In this document: positions 25,096 to 36,838 of the stretch, piece after piece | How positions within the stretch are numbered: position 1 is the first letter of the stretch | Layout of the letters: every line of letters begins with the position of its first letter | Assembly (NCBI GenBank): GCA_963825865.1 | Contig: CAWGVG010000013.1 | Location: 71,931 to 135,930 of the forward strand | DNA from: an uncultured Nitrososphaeraceae archaeon | GTDB lineage: Archaea; Thermoproteota; Nitrososphaeria; Nitrososphaerales; Nitrososphaeraceae | Direction: 5' to 3' | DNA length: 64,000 bases | Program-made: the position numbers and the translations under genes | The notes under the pieces: generated by a model | Seen by the model: the letters and a program-made list of their open reading frames with translations, nothing else | Told to the model about the DNA's origin: nothing | Databases searched by the model: none

Positions 25096-25387
25096 TTATA
25101 ACAAAGGCTAGACTATTGAATATGTATTGTTTATTAAAATACACAACAGCTCTTTTTTCTCATTTTCAAACATGATTAGTATTGCTGTTTAACATTGTGA
25201 TAAAAACTGAAAAATAAATATATTAATAAGTATTACAATATTATGGTGATTGATTAGGTTATAATCTTTCGTTACTATCCATTGGTAGTGCTATATTTTT
25301 TTGACAATTGCAGATCAGGTATTTCAAATTTTTCCAAACAAAAAGCTGATAAAAGAGATAAGTAATGCTATATCTTTTATACTATGG

Positions 25388-26066
25388 ATGGATAGCAAGG
25401 GTTATTATGCCATTCTTGAAGTTTCTGAGCACTCCAGCTATCAAGATATCAAGAGGGCATATCGGCGTCTAGCTAGGCTATATCATCCTGATAGGAATAA
25501 TTCGTGTTTTGCTGAGGATATGATTAAAAAAATTAATGCTTCTTTTGAAGTTCTTTCAGATAGAGAGAAGAGACGAGAGTACGATAAAACAAGCTTCAAT
25601 ACTTTTTTTTATAAAAAAGATGAGGAGGTCGATAATAATAATAATAATATAATAATTGCACTGCGGATCAGCTCAAAGGCGTGATGGTTATGAAAGCAGG
25701 AGACATTTCTATTCTGATTTCAACAATATTGATGATAATAATTATTACGATAAAAAGGAGATAAATAAGGATAGGAGTAAGGACGAAATAGGTCCTGAAA
25801 TACAAACAACAATCACTGATTTAGATTCTCCAAAAGGGCGTTTTCATATAATGGTAGAACCCTCTCTATGTATGGCATTTGGCAGCTGTGAAACGCTTGC
25901 ACCTAAGGTCTTTGTAGTTGAAAAGAATAAAAGAATAAATCCCAAGGCGATTGTCGAGTCGGAAACCGGTGCAAACCTTGAAACAATACTAGCTGCGGCG
26001 CAGACATGCCCTACCAAGGCAATTAAAATAGTGGATAGATTTACTGGTGAGCAAATTTACCCATAA
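25388..26066 (+). CDS. DnaJ-ferredoxin fusion (J domain plus Fe-S domain); frameshift near 25650
   Basis: YYAILEV..IKRAYRRLARLYHPDRN; CMAFGSCETLAP..AAQTCPTKAI. Confidence 0.85.
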
Positions 26067-26341
26067 ATACACTGTCTTGTTATTACTTAAAACATTATAT
26101 ATATGAAGGTGCTAACGGTCAGAAAAGAAAAATTCTGACAGAAGCACGCTACTTTTATTGTCTGTCATAGCATTAGCAGAATAACATAAAAGACTTCGAC
26201 AAGACATAGACCTATCATATTACAACTCTTAATCCACTTAATTCAAATAGAATGAGAATAAACCTCAGAATAGGATATCGCCACACTAATGTTCCAATAT
26301 TCCGAAGAATATAAGAGCAAGTATTAGCTGTGCTAATATAT

Positions 26342-26743
26342 ATGGTAAGCAAAACCAAAACAAAGACAAAAAACAAAGGAAAGCAGACAAAGGGCTCTAA
26401 AAAATCAAAGTCTACACTTAAGAAAAAAAGTGGTATAAAAAGGACCAGTCAGAGGAAGACAAGCTCAGCAGTAGCACGTACAAGGAGAGTTCCTGGAAAG
26501 GCGAAAAAAACAACAACTACTCCAATAGGCAGTACTAGCGGTACATCAACACAAGAGACCAAACTTTTGGATGATGCGAATATGCCGTCATCGTTAGATG
26601 AAGAAGATACCACGCCTCAAATTCAGGAAGAATCAGTGCCAGAAGTGATCCATGCAGTAGATGAAGATATGCCTTCTTCTTCAACAGATATTGCAGATGA
26701 GGATGTCGAGAATGACAATAATACTATGACCGAAACAACGTAA
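26342..26743 (+). CDS. Low-complexity protein, Lys-rich N-half and acidic C-half
   Basis: ORF composition. Confidence 0.6.
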   Translation: MVSKTKTKTKNKGKQTKGSKKSKSTLKKKSGIKRTSQRKTSSAVARTRRVPGKAKKTTTTPIGSTSGTSTQETKLLDDANMPSSLDEEDTTPQIQEESVPEVIHAVDEDMPSSSTDIADEDVENDNNTMTETT

Positions 26744-26935
26744 CAGGAATTAAATAAATATTAAATTGATGGTTGTTTAGGTGATGTATTTATTAAATAT
26801 GCTGTTAACGATGTCGCTAGAAACGGCATGGCTATGTGACACTAGTTACTAATATGAGCAGTTGTGTCATAACAATAATTAATTTTATAATTTCCCATAT
26901 TTCAATAAATGATGACCGGAATTTAATTTAGGTGT

Positions 26936-27562
26936 GTGTATATTAGAATGAAATGGAGTCTTAATGATTATACAAAGTCAGGATTTGTTAAATTATTGAA
27001 ACCATTCGAAAATTCAATTGATGACGTTATAAAAGCGACCAGAGCATTTGGTATGGCCACGAAGACCCATAAAGGGCAATTTAGAGACGAAGCGAGAGGT
27101 GAACCATACATCAATCATCCATTGAGGGTTGCCCTTATTCTTACAGAAGAGCTACATAAATATGACGTAGACCTTGTATGTGCTGCCCTCCTACACGATA
27201 CGATAGAAAAAAGCGGTAGTAAAAACAACAATGACAAAACTGTATCTGAGGATCAATTAAAAGAATTTGGTGACTCTGTGTACAGTATAGTTCACGCAGT
27301 CACAAAACCAAAGATAAGGGAGGGAGAAAGGGAGGGATTATTAGATGTTTATTTCCAAAACATTACAAAGAGTTCCGAAGCTATAAGATACGTAAAGATA
27401 GCTGATCAGTTAGACAATATCAGATCTCTGAAGAATTCAAATCATAAAGATAAAGTACTCAGATATAAAGAGGAAACCCAGAAGTATATCGTTCCAATAG
27501 CACAAAAGACAGATGAAAAACTTGTATTCAAATTATCACTTGCTCTCTACGAGGTTAGATAA
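26936..27562 (+). CDS. HD-domain protein, MESH1/RelA-SpoT hydrolase-like
   Basis: HKGQFR..GEPYINHP, AALLHDTIE, VKIAD.LDN. Confidence 0.8.
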   Translation: MYIRMKWSLNDYTKSGFVKLLKPFENSIDDVIKATRAFGMATKTHKGQFRDEARGEPYINHPLRVALILTEELHKYDVDLVCAALLHDTIEKSGSKNNNDKTVSEDQLKEFGDSVYSIVHAVTKPKIREGEREGLLDVYFQNITKSSEAIRYVKIADQLDNIRSLKNSNHKDKVLRYKEETQKYIVPIAQKTDEKLVFKLSLALYEVR

Positions 27563-28129
27563 CGAAGGAAAAAAAATCATTCCAATTTTTATTTAATCTT
27601 GATTTCGCATCTGCCTGCGTTATTCTTTTTATGAATCCGCCAGTGCAGTGCACATCCTATAAATTTGTGTTCAGGTACAACCACATATGAGGCATCGCTT
27701 AAATTTGTCATCCCCTTTAGAATGCATCAGATTGCTCGTACTATTCTTGGCCTTTCGCTAATATAACCATATATAATACAAAACAAACTTGTGTTGCGGA
27801 TTCAAAAGATGTGCAAAAGACGCTCGATACAAAATCTGGCATATTGAAGTATAGAAAAAGTGTTTTGTTATAAAAGATGAGAAAATTATCATATAATAAT
27901 ATAATTTCTTAGTATTTGAAATATAATCCCCTTCTAATGAAGAGTGCTGGTGTTTGCAGTTTGTGTCTCGCTCTCTAACTCTCCATGACACTCGATTCTA
28001 TGGTTTGAAAAGGCCCAGAAACGAGTCGAAAACGAGATAATTTGTATGCCCAATCTCGTAATGACGATATTAAAATTGTTAATAATATGAAGAAGAAAAA
28101 AATTGTTTAGATGTATTCCCTTTTCTTTT

Positions 28130-28721
28130 CTATGTTATGCTCGGCATGCCTGTTTTAGTTACTTTAGATATTATTCCACTAAATGCAAAACTCGTGATAA
28201 GAAACCATCCAAAAAGATATACTTTATTTATACCTACTTGTCCGCCCGGCACGGCGCATGGATCATTAATTTTCTTGACATTCGTATCACACATTATATA
28301 TGGAATGTGTATAGGTGAAATAGCTGCCTATTGCACCAAAGATTGTAGGGAATACAAATATCCAGAGCATAAATGAAGGCATCATATAAATTAGCATAGG
28401 ACGCATTTGTTGTTGTTGCATTTCCATCGTCATTTTGTTTACATATGCCTGTTTCTTTTTTAGTTCTTCTATACGTACCTTATCATGTTTTTTTATTGCG
28501 TCAGTATACTGCTTTCGCCATTCATTGGTCTCTTTCATTACCTTATTCATCTTTTCAATATCAGTAGTCTTTTTGCGCAACATTGCCATTGCAAAGTTCA
28601 ATCCAACTGCAATTAGTGCAGCCACAATCATGCCTTGGAACATATCGTGGAAAAGTGGATGTGTGGTATAGTGAGGGGCGAGTCCTGGAATCTGCATTAT
28701 TATTGAATTAAGTAAAGTCAA
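28130..28721 (-). CDS. DUF106 / EMC3-TMCO1-like membrane insertase; frameshift near 28325
   Basis: TM, coiled coil, MRPMLIY, then GWFLITSFAFSGIISK* in the next frame. Confidence 0.75.
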
Positions 28722-29231
28722 TCTTCACAACCTCTATTGTCATGAATATTTCTACGGATATATCTTATAATTTTTTCTTAGTTCCTTGGTAGAAGAATAC
28801 AATTATGATGTTATAGTAACAAATATCTATTTCCCCTAAATCAATGACAAAGCTCCATGAGGGGCATGCATAAAATTTACAAGGAAATCTCCAGCGACTA
28901 ATATTCTTGATAGAAAATTAGAAATCCTAAGATGGAATTTTCATTTTAAAGCCATTCAATTAACAATAAAGCCTTATCATAATCTTATATCTAAATCCTC
29001 CGTCTAGGGGTAAGTGGCAATAGATTTTATCTTTTGCAATGTTTACAACACGGGCATACGCACAAGAAGAGAATATACACATGATAGGTTAAATGATATA
29101 TATAATTTTTATATCCTTTTGAATTTACCACATGTTTTTCTGTCACTTATGCATTAATTTGTGAGGTTAAATATGTATTAATAACAAGAGAAATAAACAC
29201 GAGTCTTTGTATAAATACACTATCGAAATAA

Positions 29232-30709
29232 ATGCAACTTAACGCCTGCGATGTTTTGGTAACAAATGCCACTGTAGTAATTCCGAAAATAGGAATGGTT
29301 CAAACAGATATTATGGTTGAGAATGGTAAAATTAAAGCTCTTAGAAAATCAGTTGATAATGTTCACTCTTCAAAGAAAATTAATGCAAACGGAAAATATG
29401 TATTGCCAGGAGTAATCGATCCACATGTTCACTATGGAGTTTATACTCCTATAGATGAAGCAGCACAAACTGAATCGAGATCCGCTGCAGTGGGTGGAGT
29501 TACTACGATGATTAGGATGCTAAGGATGTATGAAAGTTATCGAAATATCGGAAATCACATTAGAGCAAGCAAAGGTAATCACTATATTGATTATTCCATA
29601 CATGCCTCTCTCCTAAATCCTGATCAGCTAAAAGATATTTCATATCTAAAAAGTATCGGGATAAACTCTATTAAAATCTACATGAATCTAGCTGCAGACC
29701 TTAATCATATTTTGATGGATCTTCAACCCGGCGGTCATGATGTTTGCGAGGGACAAGTTAACATGACTGATGAATTCATTTCTTCAATAATAAAAGAGAC
29801 ATCAAATGTGCATTCTACTATACTTGTCCATGCAGAAAATCCAAAAGTTTGCTCAGAACGTATTCGTAAACGAAAAGAAGAAGAAGACAAACATGGACTA
29901 TCTGCACCAAGACTAAAAACATGGTCTGATTGCAGACCGCCTTCTTCGGAAGCCGAAAGCATAGCCAAGGCAGCAAATTTAGCTCAGGGATTTGGTTCAA
30001 CAACAAACCTGTACTTGTACACATAGGATCAAATTCTGCGCTCGATGCAATATTGACGGAAAAAGAAAAGGGATGTTCCAATGTGTATATTGAGACATGT
30101 CCTCACTACCTAACTCATACCACGGATTTTGAAAGTCTTACCGGAAAGGTTGTTCCCCCACTTCGATCTCAAGAAGACGTTCAAGGTATATGGTCAGCAT
30201 TACGGTACGGAAGAATCGATACAATCGGTACAGATCACGTCGCTAATAAATTATCAATGAAGATGGGCGACGGAGATATCTGGTCAGCACTTGCAGGTTT
30301 TCCGGGTATTGCCACCATGCTTCCTGTTTTGCTTAGTAAAGGAATAAATGAAGATCGGATGAGTATGGAAAGACTATCGGAAGTCACTAGTTATAATACC
30401 GCTAGAATCTTTGGTATGTATCCAAAGAAAGGAACTATACAACAAGGCTCAGATGCAGATTTAACAATAGTGGACCTACAATTGGAGCAAAAAGTTACAC
30501 CTGATTTACTGCAATCATATTCTGATTATACAATTTATGATAATTGCAGCATGCAGGGATGGCCTGTTTTGACGATGGTAAGAGGGGAAGTTATTATGCA
30601 AGATGGCCAAGTTAACAGTGATGCACTCGGACATGGGGAATTGATTACTCGGCCTCATGTTGGTGCTGATGGACATGTTGGCAGCTCTTCTGGGCATTAC
30701 CAAGTTTAA
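29232..30709 (+). CDS. Cyclic amidohydrolase (dihydroorotase/hydantoinase/allantoinase family); frameshift near 30010
   Basis: PGVIDPHVH, AAVGGVTT, HAE, ETCPHYL, GTDH, KGTI..GSDAD. Confidence 0.85.
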
Positions 30710-31404
30710 AACTTGATAATTTCAAAAGAGCCGTTGCTTTTTGCTTTGTAGTAAACATCTGCACGCCTTGTGAAAAGTCCGACCTCTAAAACGCCAGCAA
30801 TACCCTTTAGTTCGAGCTCCTTCTTTTGGACGTCAGCAAGCGAAGTGAAAGTAGTATCAAGAACTATATTTCCATTCTCGGTGATAAAAGGATAGTCTTT
30901 CTCGATCGTTCGTAATTTAGGTATGCCCCCTGTATTTTCTAATTTAATGCCTACTATAGATCTGGCAAATGGGTGAACTTCTATCGGAATTGATCGGCTG
31001 AATGCTTCGACAAATTTGTTTGAGTCTGCCAAAATAACTACCTTCTTGGCTGCAGAAATTAATATTTTTTCCTTAAGTAATGCTCCTCCACCTCCCTTTA
31101 TCATGCAAAATTTGGAATCAATTTGGTCTGCGCCATCAAAAACAATATCTATGTCTGGAATTCGGTTTTCATCGACTAGTTTTAGTCCGCTCTTTTCTGC
31201 TTCTCTTTTTATCTGAAGTGATGCAGCGACAAATTCCAACGTTTTCTTATTTGGCAATTTTGCCATTTCTCTGACAATAACTGCCACCGTACTCCCACTG
31301 CCCAATCCAATGACCTGATTATTATTATCTCTTGAAAGTTCTCGTTTAACTACATCTGTGGCAAGATTTTTAACGGCATCATGCAGTAGTGAGGATGAAG
31401 ACAT
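30706..31404 (-). CDS. rpiA: Ribose-5-phosphate isomerase A
   Basis: GLGSGST, DGADQ, IKGGGGALLKEK, GVLEVGLF. Confidence 0.95.
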   Translation of the reverse strand: MSSSSLLHDAVKNLATDVVKRELSRDNNNQVIGLGSGSTVAVIVREMAKLPNKKTLEFVAASLQIKREAEKSGLKLVDENRIPDIDIVFDGADQIDSKFCMIKGGGGALLKEKILISAAKKVVILADSNKFVEAFSRSIPIEVHPFARSIVGIKLENTGGIPKLRTIEKDYPFITENGNIVLDTTFTSLADVQKKELELKGIAGVLEVGLFTRRADVYYKAKSNGSFEIIKF

Positions 31405-31811
31405 TAGATAATACTAGAAAACACGGAACCATTAATCTTTATCTGAGCTGACGTAGGGCAGCTTTTATCATTGAAGTTGGTATATGGGCTAATAATAGTT
31501 TGAGGCTTGGGTGATTCATTGTCATCTATCTCTGCTTGGTCCAAACGATATAGAGCCTCCATTATTTCTTTCTGCAGTTCCTCCATATTTTTTTCTTCTG
31601 ATTTGTCTCCTCCTACTATTCTTTCTACCTCTGCCGCTGACTTTACTTCTCCTCCTCCACCTGTTTTTTCATTCTCCTTTTCTATAACTCTCTGCTGCTG
31701 TATTTTTATGGATTCACGAGGTTCCATTCCAGCTTTCTTGGATAACTCAAATAGTTTTTCATCAATTGCTGTAATCCTTCTCTCTAATAGACCAACAATG
31801 TCGTTACGCAT
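31404..31811 (-). CDS. Hypothetical coiled-coil protein (probably extends upstream)
   Basis: 135 aa ORF whose stop abuts the rpiA start. Confidence 0.5.
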   Translation of the reverse strand: MRNDIVGLLERRITAIDEKLFELSKKAGMEPRESIKIQQQRVIEKENEKTGGGGEVKSAAEVERIVGGDKSEEKNMEELQKEIMEALYRLDQAEIDDNESPKPQTIISPYTNFNDKSCPTSAQIKINGSVFSSII

Positions 31812-32274
31812 CTCGTAAAGATCTGCAAAATCTACGCCTGATTGTAGTGTTGCAATTTTCTCATTATAGGAATTAAGTCTGCTGTTTATATCTCAGTAAA
31901 AGCCTATCGCGCTCTACTGAGTCAACCTTTCTTCTTGGTACCGCTTCATAAACTCTGGTAATTGCTTCACCTACTAAGCTTTTTTCAAATTGTAATGATT
32001 GGATCTCGGCCTTACAATTGTCAAGTGGCTTGACAACGTATCGCTCGCCTTTTTAGAGAGGAAATTTTGACTTTAGATAAAATATAGACCAGAGCAGCAC
32101 CCGAAAATGCTCCTGCAAATATAAAAACTAATAGGACAAATATTTCTTCAAACAAGTTTGATATTTCTCATTTCTTTACGAGTGAGAACGTTTTTTCGCT
32201 CTTAAAATGAGTAAAATGATGTAATATACGTTTTTGTAGTAGTCCTCTGTCATATCGTTACTGATAGTCTTAAA

Positions 32275-32445
32275 TTAAATCACTCTGCTTTTAATCCAAT
32301 TATACTTTCTCATTCGTGGATCTGGGTAACCACATTTAGCACATTGCTTGCCTCGTTTGTGAAAAGAATTATGGCCGCATCTTCTACATCTAATATGGGT
32401 TCTTTTTCTCGTGAACTTACCCATCGAAGTAGTGCCTTTTGTCAT
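32275..32445 (-). CDS. rpl37e: 50S ribosomal protein L37e (missing from the ORF track)
   Basis: [44 protein letters not shown]. Confidence 0.95.
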   Translation of the reverse strand: MTKGTTSMGKFTRKRTHIRCRRCGHNSFHKRGKQCAKCGYPDPRMRKYNWIKSRVI

Positions 32446-32476
32446 CCTGATTCACCCATGTGCTATTATTATCTCG

Positions 32477-32709
32477 TCACGCAGGAGGAGGTGATATAAT
32501 AACCACATTGTCACCCCTGACGACAATAGTGCCCAAGTCGTTGGATTTACCATCATCCGAATAGTTCTACGGAATCTTCGAAGTAACAAATTCATATGCT
32601 GATCGAAACCATGAAGATTACCTCTGATAACTTTTCCTCCCTTCAATTTGATAAGCACAACTTTACCAAGGCTCTCATCAAGAACCTTTACTGCCATATC
32701 CACTGACAA
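32477..32709 (-). CDS. Sm-like (Lsm/SmAP) protein; frameshifted
   Basis: [16 protein letters not shown] and [13 protein letters not shown]; conserved position upstream of rpl37e. Confidence 0.9.
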
Positions 32710-32822
32710 CGCTAATTCTACCTACAGTAGGTAAGGCATAATGGAGGTATATATTAAAATTTCATTATGGGCAAGAGGTTATGCTTTACAATTCAAGAGA
32801 AATATATTTAGTCATCGACGAA

Positions 32823-33537
32823 TTAGTATTTTTCTAATTCGAGAATGGTTTTCGCAAGATTTTCAACAATTTCATCCAGAAGTTTCAGACCATTTTGCGG
32901 GGTAGCATTCCTTGGATTCCCCCAGACTCCATTGCCAGTTATTTTTAGAAAAGAACCTGGATTATTGGTAATACTTGAATAGGATACTCTTGATTTTGAC
33001 AGTTTTTTAGAATTCGGTTTTGCCCTCTCCATTCTTACCAGATTCTGGAGCAATAGCAAGTACAAGTGAAGTTTCAACATTGCCTGCATGATCAAATTCG
33101 CTTTGCATTAAATGCCAATAATTTATAGTATATATTTTGGTATCACCAGGAACTTTCCCATACAAGTTCTGTCCTGTATATTGTAATACGCCCATGTTTC
33201 CATGATTACCATTTAGTAATATGATATTTTTTATACCATTTTCAACAAGTGAGATACATACATCATTGATCACATTTGATAAAGTACAATTACGTAAAGA
33301 AAGATTAAATCTTGGTTTATGTTCATAAGATACTCCATATGAAATAACAGGTAAAATAAAAGATGGAATTTTTTCTGCGACCACTTTTGCGATATATTCT
33401 ATAATTAGAGAGTCTGTAGAAAGGGGAAGGTGTGCACCATGCTGTTCTAAAGATCCTATTGGAATTATTGCTCGCCGCGTTTTTGTAACAAAATGACGAA
33501 AATCAAGATCGCTTATATTATAAATAGCCATCGGCAT
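32823..33537 (-). CDS. Creatininase-family amidohydrolase (possibly ArfB-like); frameshift near 33040
   Basis: PIGSLEQHGAHLPLSTD, SYEH, NGNHGN, DHAGNVETS, GVWGNP. Confidence 0.8.
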
Positions 33538-33859
33538 GACAAAAAATGTCTGCCGTAGGCATTTATCAATCTTCTTAACTTTCATTTAAAAGGAACAATC
33601 TCAGGCTATATCTCGATAAAAAATAAACCAAATGGTACATGGTCAGATATATGAGTGGAAGCAAGTTTTCCGAATGCGGTCTTTGTAGTGATATACAAGC
33701 TTTTAATGATGTATAATGATAATGATAATGTTAGGCCTAACTGTTGACCAGAGCGAGTAAAGAAAAAATAGCCTTATAAAATTAGGAAAAGGAGGCAGCG
33801 GAAGGATTGCCAAATGCATTCAATCATAAGCTCTGATATTATTATAATAATATAATTTA

Positions 33860-34759
33860 TTACTTAACCATAGTATTTTTTCCCACATTGAGAATGTATA
33901 CCCTTCCCCAATTAACTTCTAACCTTTTTTCTAGATATAATTTTACAGCTTCAAGAAGCGTCAAAGCTTCTAGTTCCTGTCCTTTCTTTTTTATCGTTTC
34001 CAATGTATCAGACTGGGAAACTTTAAATGATTCCTGACAGATTATCGGACCCTGATCAAGATCCTCAGTTACAAAATGAGCTGTACAACCAACAATCTTT
34101 GCTCCTCTTTCATAGGCCTGGATATACGCATATGCCCCTGGAAATGCAGGCAAGAGCGACGGATGAATATTGATAATCCTGTTTGGATAGCGCCACACAA
34201 AGTTTGGAGTTAGGATGCGCATGTATCTGGCAAGCACTATTAGGTCAATATTATATTTTTCAATTAGTTGCAAGATATTGGTTTCTGCTTCAATCTGATT
34301 GCTATCGACAACAGAATGAAAAGGTATTCCAACACTATCTGCAATTGATTTTAGAATGTTATCGCTTCCAATGATAACGGCAATATTAGCTTTAATCTTA
34401 TTTTTTCTCTTAGATTCTAAAATTTTTATTAGACAGTGATCCTCCCTGCTAACTAGAATTGCAACATTTTTAAGCCTACTGGGTTCCTGGTAATGCATCC
34501 TTATTTCCATATGCAATTTTTTTGATAGATGTTGTAGTCCGTCATCAATCTCTATCCTATTGATCTTGTTTTGAAAAGAAGCCTGCAGCTGCATCCCAAA
34601 TAGCCCGTGCACTACGTTCTGTTTAATTTGTTCGATATTGCCTTCATTTCTGAAAATGAAATTGGTGATATCGGCGACAACTCCTTTCCGATCCTTTCCG
34701 ATTACTGTGACTTCAATAACAGTCTTTTTCCTATCGGTTGTAGAATCGATGTCAATCAT
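33860..34759 (-). CDS. purU: Formyltetrahydrofolate deformylase
   Basis: N-terminal ACT domain, LARYMRILTP, INIHPSLLPAF, DLDQGPII. Confidence 0.9.
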   Translation of the reverse strand: MIDIDSTTDRKKTVIEVTVIGKDRKGVVADITNFIFRNEGNIEQIKQNVVHGLFGMQLQASFQNKINRIEIDDGLQHLSKKLHMEIRMHYQEPSRLKNVAILVSREDHCLIKILESKRKNKIKANIAVIIGSDNILKSIADSVGIPFHSVVDSNQIEAETNILQLIEKYNIDLIVLARYMRILTPNFVWRYPNRIINIHPSLLPAFPGAYAYIQAYERGAKIVGCTAHFVTEDLDQGPIICQESFKVSQSDTLETIKKKGQELEALTLLEAVKLYLEKRLEVNWGRVYILNVGKNTMVK

Positions 34760-35079
34760 TCTGGAAATTGTTAGGGATTGCTATAAAAAAATCTATATAT
34801 GTAAATTATCGAGTGTTTTTATAAGATACAGTGTACTTTTATAATCTTTTTGAAGTCACTATTTAACAATTTGGAATGTCAATCTGTATGCTATCTACCA
34901 TGCTTGACCAATTAAAGATATAGACCATAAACCAACAGCATTAATGCTTATATAATCACATTTCTAATAATTAAAAGTTGAACGGTTTGAGAATAATAAC
35001 TTCCAGCAATGGAGGTACATCTTTATCTGAGGGCTAAATTGTATTTATTTCTTAGATTTTTTTATGGAGGACAGGTTCT

Positions 35080-35265
35080 ATGAGGGAAGAGCAACAACAA
35101 AAACCTAAACCCAGGAAGAATTTCGACTATAACAAGCCAATAGGGAAGTGTATGGTATGTTATACTCTCTCTGCATGGCATTGTTACGATTGTAATAACG
35201 ATTTCTGTGAAACTCACTTTCAGAACCATAAACAAAATAATCTTTGTGTAAAGGCGGCGGCCTAA
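35080..35265 (+). CDS. Small B-box-like zinc-finger protein
   Basis: CxxC-x6-CxxC-x4-CxxH-x3-H spacing in 61 aa. Confidence 0.55.
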   Translation: MREEQQQKPKPRKNFDYNKPIGKCMVCYTLSAWHCYDCNNDFCETHFQNHKQNNLCVKAAA

Positions 35266-35334
35266 TACAATACTGTTTACTACCAAGGTTTTACTATTCT
35301 GAAGTATGGATAGCAAACGCTATAATTTCCTGTT

Positions 35335-35661
35335 TTGCGTCCATCTATTACATTAGGAAATCTGTTGTTGTCTTCAACAAATTATATAAGTATGGAGGAC
35401 CTAAATGCCTATGAATTGCCAATATTTCTTGATGTACATAAGCTTCCGTTCAGCGAAGATCATTTAAAGGAACTCTCCGAGTCACCAATAGATGAATTTG
35501 GTGTTAGACATGTAAATTTGTTCTACAATAAAGGGGCCAATGTGTGCTTTTGTCTTTTGGATGCACCAGATTCAGTTGCAGTTGAAAATCATCATGACAA
35601 AGCAGGTGTAAAATGTGAATGGATTACTGAAGTAGCCGTAGCCAAACTGGATAACAAATAA
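35335..35661 (+). CDS. DUF4242 (SCO4226-like metal-binding) protein
   Basis: FLDVH, FGV, FCLLDAPD..AV..HH..AG..CEWITEV. Confidence 0.75.
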   Translation: MRPSITLGNLLLSSTNYISMEDLNAYELPIFLDVHKLPFSEDHLKELSESPIDEFGVRHVNLFYNKGANVCFCLLDAPDSVAVENHHDKAGVKCEWITEVAVAKLDNK

Positions 35662-35844
35662 ATTCTATAGATATATTATAAATTATACAGCAGTCCTAAT
35701 TCATTCTTTCTTTCTTCGAATGCTAGGTCAGAACAGTCTTATCTGCATTAAATTATAAATCATAAAGGTAATATCTTTCCCACATAAGATAAGCCCTGTT
35801 TGGAATAAACCAAACAATTACCGATAAGACTAGTATTACTACTG

Positions 35845-36306
35845 CTATACAGAAAGAAAAGCACAAAAAAGAATTTTTATGCTATTTATAGTAACTGTCC
35901 TAGTTTTCTTTAAGAAACTGACTTCTATTTTTGCCAATAAATGGAATTATTTTTTTCATCATAATTTGATGAAAATTGTCTGTTCCTACGTCAAAAGTCA
36001 ATAATATAACATATGCAAGATGACTGTTACTATCTGAAATAGGAACATTTGCTCTAATTACTTCTCATAAATAGAACAAGCATAATCAACTTTGCCTAAG
36101 ATATACTGCCACCGGAGACGGGTATACTGTCGTGTCGAAGCAGTAATTGCATATTGTGTTGTTTCTTGAGAATCTAAAAAAGGTTTAAGACCTTTGCGTT
36201 CTGATGTTGACAATAAGGATCCATGTTCGTCAGCAATTCCAACAAACCTAATCGAAGAATCGAAAGCGAGGATCTGGTCACAGAAGTCTTTGAAGATTTG
36301 TTTCAA
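35845..36306 (-). CDS. Thaumarchaeal roadblock/GAF-like small protein; frameshift near 36060
   Basis: C.QIL.FDSSIRFVGIAD..G...RKGLKP..LGKV.Y....YEK pattern. Confidence 0.6.
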
Positions 36307-36493
36307 TTCAGCTTAAAATAGGGTAAAGACTGACTCTTTTATCCTTATGGGTTATTTTGGCTACATCTCTCCTTCTTCTTGCTTCGAAAATAGACTCATT
36401 AGTGATTACAACATTTCCCGGTTATTTTTAACGCAAACAGCAGTCAGGGTTATCGCAAAACATTAAAGTTCGAAATACAAACAATAAACAGCG

Positions 36494-36838
36494 ATGAAGA
36501 TTTCTCAATTATGTAAAATGATTGAAGATTCGATCCGTGATGGAAATTATCAGTTAGAGAATCAACAAAAACATTTCATAGATTCAGTACAGGTTATAAA
36601 TAGATCAGATTTTGATGATTTGAAAAGTAGCGAAATCAAAATAGAAGTAAGAGCACACAATCTTTATACCATAAGCAATTATCTTCCTAATATCCAGCAT
36701 CTGCCAGGAGTAATTGAAATAGACATCTTGGATTCTTTTAAAATGCTGTGTAGACGCTTGGGAAGAATAACAAATAGTTCTGACGATAATCCGAAAGGCA
36801 CAACGATCTCTACAGATAAATTACATCTGTCAGGGTAA
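36494..36838 (+). CDS. Hypothetical protein
   Basis: 114 aa ATG-initiated ORF. Confidence 0.55.
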   Translation: MKISQLCKMIEDSIRDGNYQLENQQKHFIDSVQVINRSDFDDLKSSEIKIEVRAHNLYTISNYLPNIQHLPGVIEIDILDSFKMLCRRLGRITNSSDDNPKGTTISTDKLHLSG

